Made by a program: the position numbers and the translations under genes. Below are positions 34,250 to 40,656 of a stretch of 40,656 nucleotides of DNA, in pieces (position 1 is the stretch's first letter; every line of letters begins with the position of its first letter). Origin of the DNA: an uncultured Myxococcales bacterium (GTDB lineage Bacteria; Myxococcota_A; Polyangia; Polyangiales; Houyiibacteriaceae); assembly GCA_965533395.1 (NCBI GenBank), contig CBESWY010000002.1, forward strand, positions 1 to 40,656. Direction: 5' to 3'. The notes beneath the pieces are model-generated. The model made no database searches. It was not told where the DNA came from and was given only the letters and a program-made list of their open reading frames with translations.

Positions 34250-35755
34250 ATGGCCGAGACGAACGCCGCCATGGGACAGCGACTGCGAGACCTTCGGCTT
34301 CGTCGCGGCCTTCAGCAAAGCGAAGTTGCTCGACGTCTCAAGATCTCACCCGCCTATTTGAGCCTCATCGAGAAGGGCAAGCGCGTCGTTCAGCTGCCGC
34401 TGCTCTTTCAGGCGCTGGAGCTCTACGGCGTGCCCGTGGAGGACTTCATGTCGAGTCTTGGTGAGCGCCGGGTCGACGACGGCCTGGCGCGACTGCTCGA
34501 CGACCCGCTGCTTCGCTCGCTCGACCTCAGCCAGGAGGATCTCGCCAGCATGACCGCCGAGCCGCGGATGATGGCCACGATCACCGCTCTTTTCAACCTC
34601 TACAAGAACACCCGAAGCCAGCTCGACCACGTGATGACCAGCCTTGCGGAACGGGAGCAGCAGGCCGACGAAGGGTCCGTTCGCTTCGACTACAATCCCT
34701 ACGACGAGGTGACGGACTTCCTCGAGCAGCACCACAACTGGTTCGGGCAGCTCGAGGAACGCGCGCAGCAGTTTCGGCGCGATTGCGCGTTTGGTCGCCG
34801 TGTGACGAGCGACGATCTCGAGCGGGGACTCCTCGATCAGGTCGGCGTGCGTGTGCTGCGCACTCCCGAGCGGTCCGACAGCTCCGTCATTCGAACCTGG
34901 AATGCGGAGGAGCGAATCCTCACGGTTTCCAGCGATCTCTTCGAGCAGCGGCTGAAGTTCCAGCTCGCACACACGATTGCCCTCAGCCTGTTCGACGAGG
35001 AGAAGCTGCACAAACCGATCCTCGAGGGATACCAGGGCCAGCATGCCGAGACACGAACGCTGATCAAGATCCACCTCGCAAACTACTTTGCGGGCGCCTT
35101 GTTGCTTCCGTACCCGGAGTTCTATCGGGACGTGACCAAGACAAGGTACGACGTCGAGCTCCTCGCGCAGCTGTTTGAATCCTCGTACGAGACGGTTGCC
35201 CACCGCATGTGCAATCTGTCCGATCCGCGTCGTCGCGGGGTGCCCATGCACTTTTTGAGAGTCGATGTCGCGGGCAACATCTCGAAACGTTACTCGGGCG
35301 ACGGCATTCGGTTCCCGCACCAGGGCGGATCCTGTCCAAAAATGGCGGTGCACTTGGCTTTTCTCACCCCTAGCGTAATCAGTAAGCAGTACTCCGCGTT
35401 TCCGGACGGATCGACGTATTTCTGCTTTGCCAAGGTCGTCAGCGAACCCGATCAGGGGTCGCTGGTGAAGGGGACGACGTACAGCATCGGCCTCGGAACT
35501 CACGCGGACAACGCAAGGCACTTCGTCTATGCCGACGACCTGCCCTTTGCGGACCCCAAAAAGATGGCCGTGTCGGTTGGAACGACCTGCAGGTTCTGTG
35601 AGCGAACCGATTGCAACATGCGGTCTGCACCCAGCTACAAATTCGCGTTTCGCGTCGACGAGTACATCAAGAAAGACAACTTCTTCTCGCCGCTGGTGCG
35701 GGGGGATGCGGTTGTGGACGTGCAGAAGCCTGCTCGCCGTAAGCCATCCACGTGA
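34250..35755 (+). CDS. Short-chain fatty acyl-CoA regulator (ScfR) family transcription factor: XRE HTH, ImmA/IrrE-like domain, Cys-rich DUF2083-like domain
   Basis: 501 aa. N-terminal LRDLRLRRGLQQSEVARRLKISPAYLSLIEKGKR (XRE/Cro HTH). Central FQLAHTIAL...ANYFAGALLLPY (a degenerate M78-like module). C-terminal Cys set C362, C392 and C447-x2-C450-x4-C455. The overall size and layout match PccR/RamB/PrpR-type regulators. Divergent from the ecm operon. Confidence 0.8.
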   Translation: MAETNAAMGQRLRDLRLRRGLQQSEVARRLKISPAYLSLIEKGKRVVQLPLLFQALELYGVPVEDFMSSLGERRVDDGLARLLDDPLLRSLDLSQEDLASMTAEPRMMATITALFNLYKNTRSQLDHVMTSLAEREQQADEGSVRFDYNPYDEVTDFLEQHHNWFGQLEERAQQFRRDCAFGRRVTSDDLERGLLDQVGVRVLRTPERSDSSVIRTWNAEERILTVSSDLFEQRLKFQLAHTIALSLFDEEKLHKPILEGYQGQHAETRTLIKIHLANYFAGALLLPYPEFYRDVTKTRYDVELLAQLFESSYETVAHRMCNLSDPRRRGVPMHFLRVDVAGNISKRYSGDGIRFPHQGGSCPKMAVHLAFLTPSVISKQYSAFPDGSTYFCFAKVVSEPDQGSLVKGTTYSIGLGTHADNARHFVYADDLPFADPKKMAVSVGTTCRFCERTDCNMRSAPSYKFAFRVDEYIKKDNFFSPLVRGDAVVDVQKPARRKPST

Positions 35756-35779
35756 TATGTTCCTGCTTCGGAGGTGAAG

Positions 35780-36265
35780 ATGCCGTCGTTCGATGTCGTT
35801 TCCAAGATCGAGCAGCATGAAGTCGACAATGCGCGCAACCAGGCGAGCAAAGAGATCGCTCAGCGATACGATTTCAAGGGTACTGAGAGCACGATCGAGC
35901 AAACCGAAGAGGGGATCGTGATCCGTTCCAATAGCGAGGGCCGAGTCGACGCGGCGCGGGACGTGCTCGAAAGCAAGATGGTCCGCCGGCAGGTGTCGTT
36001 GAAGTCGCTCGACCCGCAGCAGCCGCAGCAGGCGGGCGGCAAGATGTGGCGGCAACTGATCAAGCTCAAAGAGGGAGTCTCCAAGGAAAAAGCCAAGGAA
36101 ATCGTCAAGGCCATCAAGGACAGCAAGCTCAAAGTCCAAGCCTCGATTCAGGGCGACTCGGTCCGCGTCTCAGGCAAGAAACGCGATGACCTGCAGGAGA
36201 CGATCGCGTTCCTCAAAGAGCAGGACTTCGATCTGCCGCTTCAATACGTGAACTTCCGGGACTGA
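35780..36265 (+). CDS. yajQ: YajQ-family nucleotide (cyclic-di-GMP)-binding protein (UPF0234)
   Basis: MPSFDVVSKIEQHEVDNARNQASKEIAQRYDFKG is the canonical YajQ N-terminus, ~161 aa. I set the start at ATG 35780 (GGAGG 5 nt upstream) rather than the track's GTG 35774. Confidence 0.93.
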   Translation: MPSFDVVSKIEQHEVDNARNQASKEIAQRYDFKGTESTIEQTEEGIVIRSNSEGRVDAARDVLESKMVRRQVSLKSLDPQQPQQAGGKMWRQLIKLKEGVSKEKAKEIVKAIKDSKLKVQASIQGDSVRVSGKKRDDLQETIAFLKEQDFDLPLQYVNFRD

Positions 36266-36276
36266 GGCGGAGCGCA

Positions 36277-37140
36277 TTGAAGCAGACGAAAAAGGAGCTG
36301 CGCGTCGGCTATCAGGGCAGCGAAGGAGCGTACAGTGAGCTTGCCGCAAAGCACCATTTCACGGGCGCCGGCAAGCCGTTTCGCTGCGTTGGCTACCACA
36401 GCTTTCGCCAAATGCTCGAGGCGCTTGAGGCCGGAGAGCTCGACTATGCGGTGCTTCCGATCGAGAATTCGATCGCAGGTTCGATCAACGAAAGCTACGA
36501 TCTGCTGGCGAAGATGGGGCTCTCCCTCGTTGGGGAAGAGTTTCAGCCCATCGCGCACTGCCTCATTGGCGCCGCGGATGTAGCCGTCAGTGACATCCGA
36601 CGCGTGTACTCTCATCCGGTGGCGCTGGCGCAGTGCGGGCGGTTCCTAGAGGGACTCGAAGACTGTCACGTCGAAGCCTTCGCGGACACCGCGATGTCCG
36701 TGGCGAAAGTGAAACACGACGCCGACCCGACGCAGGCGGCCATTGCCAGCGAGCAGGCCGCTGCGTTGCACGGCTTGCCCATCTTGCGAAGGGACATCGC
36801 GGATCACCCCGAGAACTACACTCGGATGGTGATGGTGGCTTCGGAGCCGGCGCACTACGAGCACGGCGTTGCCTGCAAAACCTCGTTGATCTTTTCGACT
36901 ATTCACGAGCAGGGTGCGCTCGCTCGCTGCATTGCCATCTTCGCCGAACGGGGCTTGAACCTCACCAAGATCGAATCACGACCCAAGCCGGACACGCCGT
37001 TCGAGTACGTCTTCTACGTCGACTTCGAGGGGAACATCGATCGCGAAACAACCCAGGCGGCTCTGCGTGAGCTCGAAAAAGTCACGACCTTTTTGACCGT
37101 GCTCGGTTCGTATCCTACGCGCCGAGCCGGCGTCAGCTAG
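36277..37140 (+). CDS. pheA: Prephenate dehydratase (PDT domain plus C-terminal ACT domain, no chorismate mutase domain)
   Basis: LRVGYQGSEGAYSELAA, LPIENSIAGSI, VYSHPVALAQC, an ACT-region TSLIFS...GALA, and ESRP..D.PFEYVFYVDFEG. TTG start at 36277 preceded by GAGGCGGAG. Confidence 0.92.
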   Translation: MKQTKKELRVGYQGSEGAYSELAAKHHFTGAGKPFRCVGYHSFRQMLEALEAGELDYAVLPIENSIAGSINESYDLLAKMGLSLVGEEFQPIAHCLIGAADVAVSDIRRVYSHPVALAQCGRFLEGLEDCHVEAFADTAMSVAKVKHDADPTQAAIASEQAAALHGLPILRRDIADHPENYTRMVMVASEPAHYEHGVACKTSLIFSTIHEQGALARCIAIFAERGLNLTKIESRPKPDTPFEYVFYVDFEGNIDRETTQAALRELEKVTTFLTVLGSYPTRRAGVS

Positions 37141-39454
37141 CGAGCGCCGCGGCGACTCCCGCGATCCGGTCGGCATCGCTGTTCAGCCCGGCCGCCAGGC
37201 AGGTCGTCGACACCATCTTCAAGGCGGCCGCTTCTCCAGGGCCGTCCTCTTGGGCCCGCGCCGCAGCCAGCGCTTCGAGCGCGTCGATCATCGCGTCGTG
37301 CCGGCGGCCGCGTGCGAGCTGCAGGCAGGCGGACGCAATCGAAACTCGAATCGCCGCGCCCGGCTTTCGCTTGGGACTCTTCCTCGCAGCCTCGAGTGCT
37401 CCCATTGCTGATGGGACGTCCTCGCGACTGATGTACGAGACGACGCGCAGACAATGGGCCGCGGCGAGATCTCCACCTGCCGCGATCGCAGACTCGATCA
37501 AGGCATCGAACTGCTGATGGTCACGGTCTTTGAGGACTTGGACGACAGCTTCGGTCGTGTTTTCGAGGGCCGCCTCGGGAACGGGAATCGTCGGTCGGTC
37601 ATCAGCGAGATCAGGCGGCGGAACGCTTGGCAGTCGGACCGCCTTGCTAATTTCCGAGGCCGCCGAACGCGTATCGACGTCGGGCTGGTACTGAACGGCG
37701 GCGGCAGCGAGCCGAACCGCGGCGGCCGTGTAACCGAGGTCCGCGGCGAGAGACCCTGCCTCTAGAATCGCCTGCGCACCTCGTTCGAGGTCGCCGCCCT
37801 CGCAGAGATACGCGCCGACCGTCGCCGCCATCGCAGGCCCGACCAAGGGTTCTGCAGTGTGAAGGGCTTCCGCCACGAAACGGTAGACCTCGCTGCGACG
37901 GGCCGGCGGCATTCGTTGAAGAACCGCCCTGCGGAGAAGCTCGGAGTTTGGTTTGCCCTGCGGTGTCAACAGACCGTCATTGACGAGCGCTTCGAGGCAG
38001 CGCGGCCGCGTGCTCTTTGGGATGCCATCTAGGCCGACCGCTGCATCGATGACCTGCCCAGAGGAAGCGGGGAGTGCGGTGCACGCGACTTCGAGGTAGC
38101 GCATCGACGAGGTATCGAGCGTTGCAAATCGTTCTTCGAGCAGCGCACGCGGCCCGAGATATTGACGCCGTTCTCCAGCCTTTTCTCGCCAGACGAAGCC
38201 TCTGCCATCGTGAACCAAATCGCCAGTTGCAACCATCGTGCGGGCCGCTTCCTCGATGCCGAGAACCGTCGTGCCGCCCGTGATTACGAGCTGCTTGGCG
38301 ATTTCGGTGTCGGCGTCCGAGCCGAGGACGCCATCGGCGACCAGAAGCGCTTCGCTTGGATCCATCGCGGGAAGCTCGATGCGAACGGACTCCCGGAGCG
38401 AGCGGAGCCCAGCCGGAACGGTCGACTCCGTCGTTCGAATGCAGAGTAGTGCGGACACGCTCTCGTCCGACAGGGTGGGACCGAGGACCCATAGCGTTGC
38501 CGGATCGAGCGCCGAGATGCGATCGACGTAAATCCACGGAATGCCCTGCTCATTCCGAAGCGCTCGGAGCAGCACCTTCAGCGCATGAATCGTCGCTTCC
38601 CGGCGCGGTGGCGTCGCACAGGCGATGGCCTTGATCGCATCGGCTACTCCGGGCTCCGTCTGTTTGAGCCTCTGCCGAGCGGATTCGAGTGTCCGCCACG
38701 CTTTCAGGAGCGCGAGACGAAGCCCGCCAAGCGGCTCGAGCCCTCCGGGCACCGCGCCGATCTCGAGAAAGGCCGGAGGACGAAGCTCCTCGCGAAGTGC
38801 GAAAATTCCCTCGCGTGCGCCGATGCCAAGCGGACCCTTCAAATAGAAGGTGGCCGACTTCGAGCCCGCCGCGGCCTTTTTGATCGGCTCGAACGCGTGC
38901 CGAATGCTCGCCGGAACGGGAGCGGGCGCGAGTAGGCCCACCGCCTGTCGGCATTGCTCGAGAAGCGGACGACTCCGATCGACAGCCTCGCCTTGCAAGG
39001 CGAAGGAGCTCGTCGAAACAGAGCGTCCGAACAGGTACGTCCTCGACGCCGCCTCGCGCGACTCGACGTCCAAAACCACTTCCCCGGCGTGTGCCTGGTT
39101 GGCCAGTAGCTGTGCGCGATCGATAGCGCCGCCGCTGTTCGTGGGTTGGCCTCCGTCCTCCTTCGCTCTTTGAATTTCACCGGTGGCGATGCCGAACGCG
39201 ATAGGGAGCCCCCCGGCCGGGACAGGCTGCGATTCGGCTTCTGCGAGCAAGCGCAGGGCCAGATTGATCGCGGACTTGAGGTCGTGGAGGCCAAAATTCG
39301 CGACGACCGTACCGGCAAGAGAGGACATCACCTCGCCACCGCTGTTCTTCACTTCATTGGTGACGTAGCGCGCCCACTGGCCGGCCGCCGCAGTCGTCTC
39401 CTCCTCTTCGAAGGCGGGCGGGAGGATTCTGTGCCAGAGGACGAAACGTTCCAT
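37133..39454 (-). CDS. Hypothetical 773-aa protein: degenerate class-III nucleotidyl-cyclase-like N-domain, degenerate AAA_16/STAND-like NTPase module, helical (TPR-like) C-terminus
   Basis: The N-terminus (aa 1-~160) follows the cyclase homology domain layout: VLWHRI (vs vlFaDi), GGEVMSSLAGTVVANFG (vs GG.v.k..GDg.ma.Fg), AFGIATGEI, GGAIDRAQLLANQAHAGEVVL. Both metal-binding Asp positions are substituted. FYLKGPLGIGAREG (38807-38836) sits where the G.aGiGKS P-loop would be and lacks Lys-Ser/Thr. The C-terminal third is Ala-rich helical repeats. The start lies 12 nt after the pspA stop. Confidence 0.7.
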   Translation of the reverse strand: MERFVLWHRILPPAFEEEETTAAAGQWARYVTNEVKNSGGEVMSSLAGTVVANFGLHDLKSAINLALRLLAEAESQPVPAGGLPIAFGIATGEIQRAKEDGGQPTNSGGAIDRAQLLANQAHAGEVVLDVESREAASRTYLFGRSVSTSSFALQGEAVDRSRPLLEQCRQAVGLLAPAPVPASIRHAFEPIKKAAAGSKSATFYLKGPLGIGAREGIFALREELRPPAFLEIGAVPGGLEPLGGLRLALLKAWRTLESARQRLKQTEPGVADAIKAIACATPPRREATIHALKVLLRALRNEQGIPWIYVDRISALDPATLWVLGPTLSDESVSALLCIRTTESTVPAGLRSLRESVRIELPAMDPSEALLVADGVLGSDADTEIAKQLVITGGTTVLGIEEAARTMVATGDLVHDGRGFVWREKAGERRQYLGPRALLEERFATLDTSSMRYLEVACTALPASSGQVIDAAVGLDGIPKSTRPRCLEALVNDGLLTPQGKPNSELLRRAVLQRMPPARRSEVYRFVAEALHTAEPLVGPAMAATVGAYLCEGGDLERGAQAILEAGSLAADLGYTAAAVRLAAAAVQYQPDVDTRSAASEISKAVRLPSVPPPDLADDRPTIPVPEAALENTTEAVVQVLKDRDHQQFDALIESAIAAGGDLAAAHCLRVVSYISREDVPSAMGALEAARKSPKRKPGAAIRVSIASACLQLARGRRHDAMIDALEALAAARAQEDGPGEAAALKMVSTTCLAAGLNSDADRIAGVAAALAS

Positions 39455-39466
39455 GACGGTGAACGG

Positions 39467-40147
39467 CTAGCCGCCGAGCTTGGCCTTGAGAGCAGCAAGC
39501 TCGTCGTCGACGTCGTCGACTCCTTCTTCGGACTCGAGGGCCCGGAATCGCGCGTCCATCGCCTCACGCTTCGGATTTTCCAACACTTCGTGGGCTTCCA
39601 CTTCGGCGTCTAGCTGGTCGATCTGGTCCGCCATGCGTTCGAGATCCGTGAACGCGCCGCCGCCGAGGCGGTCGCCGCTCGTGAGCTCCGGGTCGGGCTG
39701 CTGAGTCCGCGCTTGCCGCACCTGAGCCGCGAGCGTCTTCTGCCTCGCCTTGAGATCGTCGAGCTTCTCCTCGATGCGCTCGAGTTGGGCCTTCATCGCG
39801 TCGGCCGCGGTTGCCTGCGCAGCTGCTTGCGCTCGGACGCTTTTCGCCTCTCTGGTCGCGCGGGCTTTTCGCCTGAGCGCCTCTCGCGCGAGATCGTCGT
39901 CGTCCTGTTCGAGTGCGAGGATCGCCTTTTGCTCCCAGTCAACCGCCTCTTGCTCGAGGTCCCGCTCCTTTTTGTCGAGCCGTTTGGCGCTGCCCAGCGC
40001 CTCGATCAGGTCCTTGCGGGCGCGCTTGAGTGCGGATTTCATGTCGGTCACGGTTTGACCGATCATTTTGTCCGGGTCCTCCGCCTGGTCGATCAGCGCG
40101 TTCAGATTCGATTTGATCACCCGGTTGAGCCGACTGAAGATGCCCAT
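39467..40147 (-). CDS. pspA: PspA/IM30 (phage shock protein A / Vipp1 / ESCRT-III-like) family protein
   Basis: MGIFSRLNRVIKSNLNALIDQAEDPDKMIGQTVTDMKSALKRARKDL is the canonical PspA/IM30 N-terminus, followed by long coiled coils, ~226 aa. The start is set at ATG 40147 (AAGGGGGG upstream). The 39 extra codons of the track ORF look non-coding. Confidence 0.92.
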   Translation of the reverse strand: MGIFSRLNRVIKSNLNALIDQAEDPDKMIGQTVTDMKSALKRARKDLIEALGSAKRLDKKERDLEQEAVDWEQKAILALEQDDDDLAREALRRKARATREAKSVRAQAAAQATAADAMKAQLERIEEKLDDLKARQKTLAAQVRQARTQQPDPELTSGDRLGGGAFTDLERMADQIDQLDAEVEAHEVLENPKREAMDARFRALESEEGVDDVDDELAALKAKLGG

Positions 40148-40246
40148 ACCCCCCCTTAGTAGGGTCACGGTCCCACGAGGCGAGCCCTGTGTAAAGGGAC
40201 TGAGGTTTCTCGACTTCCGACTTCCGTCTATGCTAGCTGAGGGATT

Positions 40247-40656
40247 ATGTTGAAGGGGGCACACGTCCTGATTACAGGGGGTGCGGGGTTCATCGGAACC
40301 GCGCTGACTGCACGTCTGGCGGACGACAACCGCATTCGCGTGCTCGATATCCTGCGCCGCAACGCGCTATCGAAGGCTGGCCTCGACCGTCATCCAAACG
40401 TAGAGCTCGTCGTCGGAGATGTCCGCGACATGACGGCCGTTCGCCGTGCGGTGACCGGCTGCGACTATGTGATTCACATGGCCTCGATCGCCGGCGTCGA
40501 CACGGTTTTAAAGAACCCCGTCATGACGATGGAGATTTCGCTCGAAGGGACGATGAACGTGCTCCGCGCAGCCAACGACTGCACCGGGATCAAGCGGGTC
40601 ATCGATTTCTCCACCAGTGAAGTCTTCGGCTCCTATGCGTTTCGCGTCCGAGAGGC
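40247..40656 (+). CDS. NAD-dependent epimerase/dehydratase (extended SDR), N-terminal part (runs off the right window edge)
   Basis: Absent from the ORF track because there is no stop in the window. Hand translation from ATG 40247 gives MLKGAHVLITGGAGFIGTALTARLADDNRIRVLDILRRN...VVGDVRD...DYVIHMASIAGV...FSTSEVFG, with the GxxGxxG Rossmann loop and the S(T)SEVYG block of UDP-sugar epimerase/decarboxylase-type enzymes. GAGGGA lies upstream. Confidence 0.85.
   Translation, partial: MLKGAHVLITGGAGFIGTALTARLADDNRIRVLDILRRNALSKAGLDRHPNVELVVGDVRDMTAVRRAVTGCDYVIHMASIAGVDTVLKNPVMTMEISLEGTMNVLRAANDCTGIKRVIDFSTSEVFGSYAFRVRE

Noticed and set aside
34346-36139. 597-aa minus-strand ORF over the ScfR regulator and yajQ
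   Set aside because: It lies antisense to two recognisable genes and crosses their intergenic gap. It has no motifs. Shadow ORF.
40148-40246. Sigma-54 (PspF-type) promoter upstream of pspA
   Set aside because: I scanned the minus strand of the intergenic region for GG-N10-GC with TGGCAC/TTGC context and found none.
40148-40264. 39-codon N-terminal extension of the PspA ORF (track start 40264)
   Set aside because: PspA/IM30 proteins begin MGIFSRL/MGLFDR-like. ATG 40147 has an AAGGGGGG ribosome-binding site, and the extension would consume the whole divergent promoter region.
1-40656. CRISPR arrays, IS elements, integrases, phage/defence islands, rRNA genes
   Set aside because: I saw no regularly spaced direct repeats, no transposase, integrase or recombinase-like translations in any frame, and no compositionally deviant (AT-rich) block larger than ~170 bp. 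By eye I cannot exclude short or diverged repeats, so a repeat finder should be run.

Overview
This is a visibly GC-rich bacterial chromosomal segment with strong third-position GC bias and many Arg/Ala/Ser-rich shadow ORFs on the antisense strand and in alternative frames. Gene content and style (giant TPR proteins, degenerate signalling ATPase-like proteins, PspA/IM30, YajQ, very tight gene packing) suggest a myxobacterium-like (Myxococcota) genome; that placement is inference only. I support 28 protein-coding genes, two of them truncated by the window edges and absent from the ORF track, plus one candidate promoter. I saw no rRNA or tRNA genes, CRISPR arrays, transposases, integrases or phage genes, so the window looks like core chromosome rather than a mobile island.

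Gene order:
- hslO (partial) <> NAD-type isocitrate dehydrogenase >< RND/MMPL transporter <> rpsT >< holA, then a secreted protein.
- <> ClpA-type AAA+ unfoldase ><.
- A roughly 12 kb near-gapless minus-strand string: SDR, giant TPR (about 1470 aa), giant TPR (1568 aa), degenerate phosphoesterase-like protein, nadD, DUF2520.
- <> Ca2+/Na+ antiporter >< DUF938 methyltransferase <> LtaS/OpgB-like transferase ><.
- A minus-strand string: ecm, meaB, ccr, mcd (ethylmalonyl-CoA pathway core), GT-C glycosyltransferase, sulfatase-fold transferase.
- <> ScfR-type acyl-CoA regulator, yajQ, pheA >< degenerate cyclase/STAND/TPR protein, preceded on its strand by pspA <> NAD-epimerase (partial).

Most interesting candidates:
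1. The translationally coupled pair of giant TPR proteins. They share a C-terminal domain that reads like an M48/zincin fold without its HExxH motif. They are chained by ATGA overlaps to a catalytically dead-looking metallophosphoesterase homologue and to nadD.
2. pspA followed 12 nt later by a 773-aa protein. Its nucleotidyl-cyclase-like and P-loop NTPase-like modules both appear to have lost their catalytic motifs.
3. A compact ecm-meaB-ccr-mcd operon divergent from a Cys-rich ScfR-family regulator.
4. An envelope-modification trio: a GT-C enzyme plus two membrane-anchored alkaline-phosphatase-superfamily transferases with Thr rather than Cys/Ser-FGly motifs.

All homology statements come from motif recognition by eye. 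No database search was run.
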